DNA of 60,992 nucleotides, the filler included, from Platydemus manokwari (Eukaryota): NCBI GenBank assembly GCA_037951405.1. It is 6 parts of 6 records of this genome, joined end to end, with 100 filler letters (N's around TTAATTAATTAA, not from the genome) between each part and the next. Parts side by side here need not be neighbours in the genome. Positions count along the whole stretch, not along the records: positions 9,527 to 22,582 come from JBBMOY011862499.1; positions 22,683 to 33,398 come from JBBMOY011110553.1; 4 more parts are not named here. One strand, written 5' to 3'. The notes beneath the pieces were generated by a model, which was not told where the DNA came from, ran no database searches, and saw nothing but the letters and a program-made list of their open reading frames with translations. Below, piece after piece: positions 12,584 through 25,800 of this stretch. Each line of letters begins with the position of its first letter. The first letter of the stretch is position 1. The translations under genes and the position numbers were made by a program.

Positions 12584-15500
12584 TGTTAAAGCCACTCGTG
12601 TGTAGGCAAATCTAGTATATCATTATATTTACTCGAAGGTTTGAAATTCTATCAACCAAGGTAGATTATCAAAATAAATAAAACAGAAACACTTGATTAT
12701 TATTGTGAATATTTTATAGTTTTTGATATATAAATAGTTATATGGTCATTTTAACTAATCCATGTGATTTAAAACAGTCTTCAGATGATTCTTTTAAATA
12801 TTATGATAAAATATATATTATGTTGAATGTTTCTAGAATAAATTCGTAATTAATTAAGTAGTAGCTGGAAACAATTATCAAATACAGGAATTATTTCTGT
12901 GAGAAAAATAACAATTTTAAAACAAAATGGAAGAATAAGTGAGGAGGGAAATGAATAAAATGGTTTCAAATTCGAAACAGCTAATTAGCGATTGATGGAA
13001 TGAAGGATTCGAGATTCAATTGGAATCTGGGACCCCGGGCTATTTACGGATTACCTGTTGGAATTATCAATTTTTCAATTAGCAAATCTTAATAGCCTTT
13101 ACAAGTCCCCCAAGAATTATTTGTTCTCATGGAGAATATTAGAATAAATTAATTATTGATATTATTATTGATTTCATTAATAATTTAAGATATTCGAAAG
13201 GTATATAACTATTAATTATTCTCATAATACTATTTATCGAGACATTTAAAGGCTCTAATTTTGAAATATTGTTTTAGTTTAAGAATAAAAAAATCCAATA
13301 TTATCCTTCAAGATGATTTCTTTGTTTTTTAATCTTGAGCGTGATGTATTCTTATTTCGATGAATAAAATTTTGTCTCATTACCGTGGGGTGCATCTATA
13401 GAGACCCGTATTATTTTTCAGATTGTTTTTCGGATATTTCTCGAAATTTCAACTGCCGATTCGGTGATAAATTATGCTTTCAATTAATTGTCTCCTCGAG
13501 ATTTCAGCATATCCATTAATATGATTCTTTAAAAATCATTATGCACTATTGGTGTCATCTGATATTTTATCGATGACCTCAAATTGTTTATTTTTAAAAT
13601 TGATTCGACATTAAAATCATCAATAAATAAATAAATGATGTTTTATTGAGGGTAATGATGACTGTTTCGGTTTTCTCCAAATTTGTGCTTATATATTTCA
13701 AAAATCCGATTTGTAAGGCCATTCTAAGATTTTATAAATCTAAAGACCAGACAATGACAGACTAGAGGAAAGGTTTATAGATCTTCCAGATTCCAATACT
13801 TACTTGAAGTGTGAATTAAAACTTGGCTGAATGAACCAATGACAAAACCAACTATGTTCCACCGGTGTTCATCATCATTATTATTTATCTCCTTGACATG
13901 GCACCTGTTGCTATGGCATTCTATTTCTTTATTATGATTAGCATGCTTGATTCATAAAGTAAATGATTCTTTAATTAATTTCATCCAATCACTGAATCGT
14001 TCTCAATTGATTACTTTCTCAAAATTGCTTGGATCATTTTGAAGAGCAATGAGATTTTTTTTTCTCAAAGGGTGATTCATATCTATTGATTAGTTGAAAA
14101 AAAAATTATTTATTGGTTGAAAATAGAATCAAAAGTAATTCTATTTTGTGGTGAAGTAACGTGGTAATAATCTATTCCATATTTTCCAATGACACATATC
14201 CTACTGAAAGAGAAAACAGAAAATCCATTTATGATTTTTATTGTTTTTATTTTTGTAATACATTTCCGATTTTTAAATCAAGAAATATAAATAAAATGAA
14301 AAAAATTTGAAAATAGAGATTTCAAAATCAATTAATATTTAAATGATAATTTGAAATAGAAAATATATTGATATTTAAAAATATAATTGATCAATATAAT
14401 TTGTTTGAATATTCTTAAATTAGTTTTGTATTTTATTAAGTAGTACAACCAACATGTTGACCACGCTTTTAGATGAGATTATGTGAAGAGCAATGGCAGA
14501 AATGCATACAACAGAATATAGAGATGATAAAAGACATGGATAACAATTAGAGATAAATAAGTTTATAAATAATTCGATAAAGATAGATTTTAGATGGAGA
14601 TTATAGAAAATAAATCAAAAACTCGATAACAGCAAATGTGAAGTAAATCAAAGGTTTTAAATAAATTGAAATCAGAGGATTTTAAAATCAATAAATATCT
14701 AAATGATCATTTTGAATAGAAAACATATTGATATGTTGAAAAATATGTAAACGACCATTTTAATCTGATCAAATAATTTGATTAAATATATTTTTGTGTT
14801 GAACTTCCCATGTCGTTTTTAATACGGCCATAATGAAATACTTAAGAATTATAAATCATCAAGGAAAAACTGGTGAATCTGGGAGTGTCAATTTGTCCTT
14901 TAGTTAATGACTATTTGAATAAAACATTTTGACAGAATCGATCAACAAGGTCTCATTCAACAAAATTAATAAAAGAGTAATTTTATATATTTTGTGACGA
15001 GATTTATATGCACAATATTCTCCATTAAAAAGAAAATATTGATTGTTGAATAAAATGAGCTTCCAAATGTTAGATAATGATTATCTAAAGATATTAGCAC
15101 TGTTAAATAGTTTTTAATAATTTCTAATATTTCGGATTGAACGTTAACAGCTTCAAAAATGAATTTCCGGTACTTGAAAATAGTCCACTGAATTTTAGAA
15201 AATTATATATTTAGACGATATGAAAACATGAAATATTATTTCGGTTACATGAGCAATTATATTTGCTTCACAAAAATCTACTAAAATATTTACATTTCTA
15301 TGATACTCTGGTATAAATTAATTTCATACAAAATAACAGAAGTGGTTACCTAGGAACCCCTGTTTATATATACAAACATGATGACCGACCAATCGAAATC
15401 GTTATAGAGTTGAGATGTCTGTTTGATAAAATATATAAGGCTACACGATGACACATACACAGTGACTGACCAATTCCACTTGACACAAATCGATAACTCC

Positions 15501-17397
15501 AATCGTACCTTTAAATCAAAAGATCGAAAAAGAATTTGCACTCTTGACCATAAAAATGACTATGATAGTGACTTCTTTTCAGTATAAACTAGAGAAGATG
15601 CAAAATTTAATTATACATTTGGAGTTGCTAAATACCACTTATAACTTAGATCAAAAATATTAGTTAACTCTTGTTTAATATTCGTCAATTACTAACACAA
15701 TAGTAAAACAAATATTTAAATCTCATCATATAATAGAAGCGATTGTAGATATTCTTGAAATGGTGAATATGATAAGATATAGATATTCGTTATACTAATT
15801 TTATTATTTCATCATTCAAACAAAAAAAATAAAACAATTTTTTGAAATAACCTTAATTAGATCCCTCTCCACATGCGAGATCGTGATATTTTATATTTAA
15901 TATATTTGATGATTGCAAATCCGGAAACTGAAATCCCAATTTAATATCTTTTTTGTTTATCCTAAAATAAAGGCCACAACTGATATAATTCACTATTGGA
16001 TATTCACAATCAGTTGGTTTTGTTGATTTTGAATCGAAAATTTTGGCTTTTTATTTGAAAACCCAAGCTATTTGGTAGTTTTGGTCTATATTTTTTGTTT
16101 AAATCAATTGGATAAATAATCATATGGCTAAACAACTTGGTACAATTAATCAATTATTCATCTGTGGAATATTGATCTTGTATTTCGTGCTTACTGTTAC
16201 TATCGGTAAAGGTTACATATAACTGTAAGGTTAAATATAAGGTTAAATATAATAATAAGGTTAATATAACTGTATCATATTTCTATTAAAGAATCACACC
16301 CACTGAAGTCAGATTCTAATAATAGTAATAATTTTAAATTAAATCCTTAACGATTTATATATCGCAAAAATTCACTAATTTTTATATAATATTTGAGCTC
16401 CTTTAGATATGTTATCTAAAGTAATATTATAAAACCCAACATGGCATAATAATTTCAAATCCTTCGACTATCTTTGCATATTCAAATTTTTATTGATTTC
16501 TTATTGTGGTTTCTTTAGATATTAAGTTGGTTAAGTATATTTAGTTTTACTTTTTTAGTTTACTTTATAGTTATTTTACAGTAATAATCCAATAAAAAAT
16601 AAATTATGATGGTCAAATGAATTGATCGACAATATATAACAATCAAACAAATATATTGCAATCAAATCATTACCAAAATCCATAAATACAAATAGATGAT
16701 ATGCCTACAAATCTTGTTTCATTTGCCGACAAAGATGAGTTTATCTTATTAAGTCAGAACTGTCAATTTATAGATGGATTGAAGTCGGTCAGTGAAAAAT
16801 TCTCATAAAAGAATGTTGCATTGACGGTCGGTGTGTTACCATAGAAATACATATATATGAACTCGAATATTGTTTCTCAATGCGTAATGTATGAGAAACA
16901 TTAAACTTGCCATTGTTTTCAATGATAATGTGACTATAGTGAGACTCTAATTTAAAATGTTTGAAAAATATATAAAGGTTACTATTGTTGGGTTGCTTCA
17001 TATTTATTTTTGGATATTTTAATTATTGATTTTCAAAATATCTAATTTGATGATGTTGACTTAATCGATATATTTTTTTAACTTCATCCAGTATTTTATT
17101 GTCTGATTTCATCGAATTATTTTTATTTCTTCATTTCTCTGCTCAAGAAATAACCAAATTAATTATTCTTCGGTGAATTTTGCGGCAGGAATTCTTCGAT
17201 AAGTTGTTTTATTATTTTTTGATCTTGTAAGTGTTTTGCTGATCAATGACAAGTGCATTTTTCCAGTCAGGTGTCTTCATTTAGTCGTCTTTATAATAAT
17301 TCCAATATTTATTTCTTAAATTCTAATCCAGTCTTCTAATGATAGGTAAACAATTATCAAATTGTTGATCAATTATTTTTCGAAATATCTAGCTCAA

Positions 17398-17995
17398 GTT
17401 AAGAAAAGGGGTTCTTTGACCTCTTTCGTAATAATAAATTTTCGAGATAATTTTATAATTTTTAAAAAAAATTACAATGTTTGATTTATTTGAATAATTC
17501 AGTTAATATCTCATTTTTTAGGATATCCAATAAGGACAAAATATAGTTTTAAACCAAGTTCATATTTTCATCAAAACACCTCTATATGATTATTTGAGTT
17601 TTAAAATTTACATTTTTTAATTATAACTCGAACTATTTAACTATGGGCATGTTTAATAATATCATTGGCTATTTTATAAAATAATTGTAAAAATTTAGAA
17701 TATCTCTCAATTTGATTTTAATTTTCGCTAATTTTCAATAAATTGCAAATCGACCTATTTTGATATATTTTTCAAATAATCAAATTTTAGGAGTTTTTTG
17801 AGGCTCTTGTGTATTTAATTATTGATTTCAAACAACTAAAATTGTTCTTAAGCACTTAAATGAAAAATTCAAAATATTTTTAAAGAATATAATTAAATAA
17901 ACTATATATAGATTCTTGCAATACACTCAACAAATTAAAAATTTTATTTTAGGATCCTTTTTTAAACTTTAGCGGAAATATCTTAAATAAATCTC
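17398..17995 (+). repeat. Dispersed ~600-bp repeat, family B, copy 1
   Basis: Colinear with 38778-39360, e.g. ataattcagttaatatctca...aataaggacaaaata...ctatatgattatttgagtttt...tgatttcaaacaactaaaatt. Confidence 0.85.
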
Positions 17996-20900
17996 TTCAC
18001 CAATTGAATTAAAGTATATGATCATGTGATAACTGCCCTGACTTAGTTACGATTATATTTAAATTTAATTATTTAAACACAAAAGCCTTTCTCGAAATTT
18101 GATCAAAGATAATTTCAATATAAATCGAAAAATATAAAAATTGAAAACCAATTCATCGTTTACTGTGGCTTACAAGTACTTCGTTTCTGAATACAATTTA
18201 TAATTAAAATAGATCGATAGTTTTTTAACTTATGACAAAGACCACTTCAATTATTGATGTTATCCGTATTGAATTGCATTCTCAATTATAATGCATTACT
18301 GTAAATGAAATTGTTTTTAAAATAAATTTCAAAAAATACGTAGTCAGAATAAATTTAAGAACTTCAAACTACAAAAGTATACTTAATCAAATTATTTAAA
18401 CAAATTTAATTGAGAATTTTTGTATGTATTTTTTTAATAGCCGTCCATTTTCTATTTAAATATTTTATTGGAATCTCTAGATATTTATTTATATACAAAT
18501 CTCTATTTATTTTCCATATTCTGTTCTATAGTTTTCTGTCAATGATCTTCACACAATCAAATCCAAATGAGTAGTTACCATGTTAACTGCTATTATTTTG
18601 TAAAATATGAATTGGAAATAAATCTGTATTTAATCACTAGAGTATATTTCATCAATGTTTTCAAAGAAATTTAATTGATCATTTATCTTTTTTAATATCA
18701 ATATATTTCCTATTTAAAATGATAATTTAATTATTTATTGTTTTTAAAATCTCCATAATTTTCATTAATAATAATATTGAATATAATATCTAATATAATA
18801 TTTAATAATAATAGTTATTTATCATACTTTGATAAATGTCTATTACAGCGCAGTTATTTATTTGGTGAATATGTTTGATATTAAAAAAAAATGTTATCAC
18901 AGCCATACATTTACAAGAACCTCACAGAAATTCATTTCATTTATAATTACATAACCGAAATCAAATCTAATTTCATGATAAATATAACTGCAACGTGATT
19001 ACAATAATCGTTTGTACTATTTTCGATAATTGTATTCACTGTGTTTGCTGATGTCTGATCTTTTCAATTCTGGAATTTACAGAAAATATTTTTTGAAATG
19101 GTGACAAAATTAGTGCGCTTGTTTTTGGGTGAAATTAACTATTGCCAATACTTGTTCATTCTAATCTGTAAACCAAGTTCCCATACGAAATTGTTGTCAA
19201 ATTGTTGTTAATAATTAAAATTCCTTTCGCTTGCTGATCAGACGTCATACATTTTTTGAAATCACAATCAACTGTGTATTTTCTCTTTTAAAAATACACA
19301 ATCGATATCTTTTCGGGGTTTTATTATTATTTCACTTGAAGTATGGTGTGGACTGTTAAGAAAAACGAAAGCAATACATGACAGACAAATCTTGGTGGCT
19401 TCAACGAAGTACTAGAAGAACGTTGTCACTGTCTTTTCCATTCATTTGAGAAGAATTATTAATATTTTCTTAAGTGAAACCATTTGTTGTTGTCGTTTGG
19501 CGAATATCTGCACCTATTACTAGAATTATTGTGTATATAATAACATAATATTGTGTACATAATTATATAATATTGATTATATTAAATATTTTTCATCTAT
19601 TCGAACACAAATAAATTCTTGTTTTGTTCTCTAAATGATCCTGCGTTCCGTATTTCTTTTATATTCGCAGTAAATTTTAAAATTTTGACAAATAGTTTGA
19701 CGAACAATTTAATATCAAATAAATCGATCTAGTTACGTAAAAATATTCCTTTCTTCAGCCAATTGCCCGATTTTGATGAGAAAATAGCCAACAAAAACTA
19801 TTCAAAACAAAGAAAGTACGACATGAAATTCCAGTCACCATTGTTGAAAATGGACCATTTCAAATCATTAGTGCAATCATTGGAGATATTATTTGGGTGA
19901 GAAGAGGTGAAAAATAATTATTTTTCCTTTTTGAATTAATTGCATGAATATTAGAATTTTTAATTAATCGCACTGTTCTGTCGATAGTTGACCACAATCA
20001 GGAATGGCCTTTCTCGTCCATTGATTCATCTGGGGAGTTGTTGTGAAAATTAATTAATGACAATTATCACAATTACACAGTTTCGATCAATGATGGCACG
20101 ATTATTTCAATTGAAATGTTCCATGATTAATTGTTATGTCGGTTTCCAAATGACCCAGGCTTCGTTCTGTCGATTGCCGTTCGGTGTGTGATTGTAGCCT
20201 TCATTAGACTGTAATTAGAATGTTATAATTTCATGCTTTGTCATTCGAGTTTCATAATTTATTAAATTAGTGTTAATAACAGATATTGAGAAAAATATAT
20301 AAATAATATGCCAAAAAGAGACACCAAACAACTATCAAAAGCTTGAATTCAAGATCTAACAAGCTTTTAGTATTGATAATATTATATATAATATTTATTT
20401 TCCCTTGGTTTAATATAATCTAAGTTAAAGGGGTCAAATAACCCCTTTAAGTTTATAATCAAAAGTTTTGGATTAAAATTTAACTTATCCTAAAATTACT
20501 TTTTTTCTGTATACAAATATCTTACAATCTAATATTTTTATATATCTTTTCTTTTCAGTTGATTTTGATAATTTTTATGGCGTTTTCTTCAAATTATCAA
20601 AAGCTCATAAAATTAAGAATTATATTAGCGCCATTAAATTTTCCAAAGAAATTTCAAGGCAATCAAATATTGTATCGATTTTATTCAGGATTTTCAGTGG
20701 GATTTGTTTTTAAATTTATTCAATTCAACAGCAACAGTTCAAAAAAAACCAGAAAATTGAAAAATAAGAAAAAATAAATCCCATTAAAAAATTAAATCCA
20801 ACTCGTTTAATCGATATTTTTATGAATCAACGAATTCTAGCTCAATCAAATAAACAAATTCCTGTGTTTGATAAAAAGAAAAAAAAGAAATGAATGAACC

Positions 20901-22582
20901 GAGAAACTTTGAAGCGCTATTTGTATAATTATCAATTTTCTCCAAACAATTCCAATCTACCTGAAATTTATCCCGAAAATAAAATTTCTTTTCTCTCCAC
21001 TTGTATTTCTAAGCGAGAACCGATGCTGCGTGCATTGAAGATCGATTCCATCATCAAGACAAATAAATATCAGATTTCGTACGGAATATTAATATGGATA
21101 AGAGAAATAAAACGAATAAAATTTGTTTTCCGAAAGATGAAAAATTCATTTCGTTATCATCATATCCCATCAGTTGATGCCAGAACAGTTTGGGTCAAGT
21201 GTCGAGAAGTCTGAGTTGGAGAATTTTTCTCCAGAAGAATGACATATAAATTATGATTTGAATTATTTTCGTCTGGAATGGTTTGAAAAAAAAATTTTGG
21301 TGATGTTTTTATTTTAATAACTGCATTATTATTGGTGAATTAATTCGAATATGATAGATTTTTTTAAATAAAGTTATTATTTCACGAATTTATAAAACAA
21401 AAAAACAGTTCTGCTCAATCATTAATTGTGTAAGCCGCTACTATTTTATGAAGCGCCAATTGTAAACGAATCGAAAAGTCACAACGCATTAAAGTATATT
21501 TTGCAAAATTATTTAACAAATTATTTACTAAAAAATTCCAATTTTAAGTTTTATTCATATAAATCGTCATATCTTCAAGTTCTTTAATTTTCTGTCTATT
21601 CGTAATTATATCCATTAAATTCCCTAAACATTCATCTATATATAAACTTTATTTATTCTATCTTCTTTACATCTTCATAACATACTCTTAAAATCTTCTT
21701 TACGCCTTCTCCACACCTTCCTCGTATCTTCTCTTCTACAATTACATGTAAGAGATCTTAATCCAAATATTTGGTCACCATTTAAGTCACTACTACTTTA
21801 TAAAGCAGTTATTGAAAACAAATCAAAAGGCCATAAGATATAAAATTATATTAAAAGAAATTCAAACTAATTTATATTTTTGATATAAATTCCAATCATA
21901 AATCTTCTACTTTTAATTCATTGAAAAACTCTCACAGATTGATTTCTATAAAATTTTATTTTAATCGTTTTCATAGATATTTTTGTTAATGTTTTATCTA
22001 ACGTAATATTCATTTTAAAATATAATTAAGTTCATTATCAAATACATTTAAATGTTTCTCTGATCACTCGAATAAAACTTCGTTATCTGAATTTATAGAC
22101 GTCTCTTTTCGTGATTTATTACTGAATTATTTTAAAGATATTTTAAAATTTCTTAAGATTTATTTATGATATCGTTTTTGTTCAGAAAATTCATGAGCAA
22201 AATATCACAAAACTTATCAGTGAAAAAATTACAGATATATTTTTGAAGTAGATTTGAATTATGATTATCAAATGATAAAAAGAATTATTAAAAGCCAAAT
22301 ATAAACAACGGGACATTTTGGATTCACTTTTAATCATTATTGCGAAATCGGTTAGAGAATTAGTCGACTTCAATTTGGATTCATAGTTATGGAATAAAGA
22401 TATGGTTATCAAATTTCAAACAAAGCAAGTAAGTCCGTGGTAATTCTCTAACCAACACTGCATATCAAAACTAGCAATACAAACTGGAAATGTTAACAAG
22501 AAACGAGACGAATCTTAATATTGGAAGCTCCATATATATTGTATATATAAAGATATTGATTCTATAATAACAATTGGCCGGT

Positions 22583-22682
22583 NNNNNNNNNNNNNNNNNN
22601 NNNNNNNNNNNNNNNNNNNNNNNNNNTTAATTAATTAANNNNNNNNNNNNNNNNNNNNNNNNNNNNNNNNNNNNNNNNNNNN
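22583..22682. other. Assembly gap with artificial linker
   Basis: N44-TTAATTAATTAA-N44. Confidence 0.97.
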
Positions 22683-22855
22683 TATATTGGTCATTGAATA
22701 GCCGAGCTCGAATGGAGCTTGTTTAAGGATTATTAATTGATTTGTTGTTCATGCGCTTCCTCATAAAATTATGATTTCTGTAGAGTCTGCCGGTAGCAAT
22801 GAATTGTTTTTTTTTGTAATCCTGGTTTGCTAATACCAACAATTATATATTTCAG

Positions 22856-25800
22856 GCAATTATTCTTGCCATCCAAGCTGTAATAAATCTCTATCGTCAA
22901 TAAATATCCCCAATAGATGTTGGTCTGCTAGTTCCAATCATTGTCAAATAAGTAAATAATGATCGAAATTTGCTAAATATCTCTGATGAATCAATTAAAA
23001 TTCAAGGAACGAGATGTGTTCAAAGATTAGCCGATGGTTGTGATTGGTGCTTTTTCCGTCGTTTCCAAAACAGTGTTATTGAAGATTGCTGCAATGAAGA
23101 GTGCTCGGGTGGTTGTTATGGTAACAAAGCATCACAGTGTACTGTATGCATTTATTTTAATTATTCCAACAATAATTGACTTTCAAAATTAGACATGCAG
23201 AAATTACATGAATGATGATACTTGTCTCTTAGCCTGTCCTCAAGAATACGGAAGAGTTAAAAAGCCTCGTTACAAGTTAAGAGTTGGAATGATATGTGCT
23301 AATGCATGTCCAGGTGATACTTCACAGTTTATTTGAATGAAATAACGATTTCAACATAAGAGATATTATTAATTTAATAACGATATTGTGATGGTTCGTT
23401 GACAGAACAATGGGCTCTCCAAAATAAATCAATTATTGTAGCGATTTTTTACGAGCCAGAATTGATTGGAAAAGCAACTTCATCACAGATTAATTTATTT
23501 GCCTATTGATTTTATCAATTGATATCATTATTATTATCGATTGAATATTATTGATTAAATATAAATGATTGATTAAATAAAAAATCGTTGAGCCAATTTA
23601 AAAACAATCAAACCTTGATAAAATAAAAGCGAATATTGAATTATTGATAACAGGGGGAACACACACATACACAAATACACACACACACAAATATATATAT
23701 ATGAAACTCAATTAACATGTATTGATTAATACATCGTGATATCAGCATGTTGATATTGATATGACTTGCATCATTTAGTATAACTCTATCATTTGATTGG
23801 TTTATTTTAATTTCACAGAACGTGGGCTCAATGTTGCTCATTATCATTGCTCTGTATTCATTTCCATAGTGATCATTTTATATTATAATTAATTATTATT
23901 TTATATTTATAACTAAACCCGATAAAATATCGCTCAATTTCTGTGAATTGTTAAAAAATGATTTATCATTGATTTTTTCTGACAATTTCTCCAACATCAA
24001 TAAATCTGCGTGTATAAATATCCCAACAATGGAAATATTTGTTTGTCATAATTTTCATACTAAATAATAATTTATTTATTTTAATATCCCATTGTAGAAA
24101 ATCTCTTACTGGAAGGTGATGCTTGCCTTTACAAGTGTACGAGTCCAGGATTTTATCGGGTTGATGGTAAATGCTTGAAGTGCACAAATTCGACGAATTG
24201 TTCAAGGCGAGGTGTTTATTTTTTATGAATAATTTAATGCGAAAATCTTAAAAATTATCTTCAAGCTCTTTTGTTTTTTTATTATTTTTTAAATTTCTTG
24301 ATGTTTTCGATGTTTTCGATTAACTCCGCATTTTTATTCGACGCCTATTAACAAAATAGAACTATTTGGTTGTAGGTTTTCTCAAAGAATTCCTTTGTTT
24401 CGGTTTTTTAGATCGCCATTATTTGAGCTCTTTGCTTTCCAAAATTATCTCTTCTTGGAAAAATATATCCTTGTGATCTTAGGAATTCCAAAACTAGATT
24501 GATGTTTTTATCATCAAAAATTGCATCTTTAGATAATGGAATTTCTCAATTCGATTTGTACGATATGTACATCAATCTTTTATCTTTCTGTTAGAACTGT
24601 CTTACTATTCATTTTTGCCATCAAATTCTTTATCTGGTGGTATATATAATTGTGATAAGAGATTCACATCAAGTTATCTGTAATCCTTGTTATTTTGCAG
24701 CTCTGGCATTTTACTGTTAATATAAAGATGGTAGCATTAATTTCTTCCTTATCTCTGAAGGCAACCGGGAGACTAGAGTCGCTACTCGATCTAAGATATA
24801 TTGAATTACATATCTTGTGGAACCAATCATTACAGGGCAGTCACCATTAGATGCTATATCACTAACTTCATGTCCATTGATGAACACATCTCTTTCGATT
24901 TCTTTCTCCAAACCATTCAATAACTGGTTTAAAGTGATGTTAAGTGATAGAATGTCCAATACCTCTTGTTATATTTATTATTTCAACATCGTGACCATTT
25001 AGCGAAATCCTCATGTGAAGTTCTTGATACGCTCATTGGCCATCTTATGAATGTTATCGGTTACATCAATTATTTTCATTACTCCTCATATAACTATTAT
25101 TTCGATCGATTTAATTATCATTATGCAATACACAACGCCTTAAAAGTCATAAAAACATTCACCTATGTTCATCATTTATAATGCTCTATAAAATTAAAAA
25201 AAATTAAAAAATTCTAATATTTATTTGACATAAACATTGTTCTGTACGAGGCGGTGGGAATTTCCCTCACCTCGACTTAAAAGTTGTATAGAGTAGTTTC
25301 TTTTATGGCTTCTTCCTTGAGGAACCAGCGACATCAATGGCATGGTTCAGGCTGAAGGGACTCTGAATTTTCAAATTTCCCATTTGTTTTACATCAGGAA
25401 ATAATGTCAAATAGCAGATATTTATTCTCATGTTTGCCCATTTTCATCCAATCATATTTCAGAATGCATCATTGACAATTATCATCAAGATAAAAATATA
25501 GCATTCTACATGACGAAATCAATCCTGGAGAATTTTACAGATTGTGAGCACGTCATTGGAACATTTCATTTCACCGATCAGTCGTTTAACAAGTTGGTTT
25601 TGTTGTTATGATTGTTTAAATATTATTTTAGAAAGCATTAATTCTCATTATATATATGCTTATTGTGTTGTCATGACGACACACCAGTGTTTCCGGCAAT
25701 GTTTCTATGGCAAATATCCAAATGAGACCGCTGATATAAAATTTAAATTTTGACTTGACTTACAAAATGTTGCGTCTCAAATTGACATCATTTTATCACG

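Noticed and set aside
16789-17350. Possible Penelope/GIY-YIG remnant
   Set aside because: Only vague similarity; no diagnostic motif.
21278-21335. Hydrophobic stretch FGDVFILITALLL before a GT, as a possible EGFR signal-peptide exon
   Set aside because: The in-frame ATG is followed by TGA, and changing the poly-A length does not give a clean start.
22784-22792. Possible 9-nt microexon (TAG|AGTCTGCCG|GTAG) upstream of the first visible EGFR exon
   Set aside because: Phase-compatible downstream, but no consistent upstream exon could be built next to the gap; cannot be supported without RNA data.
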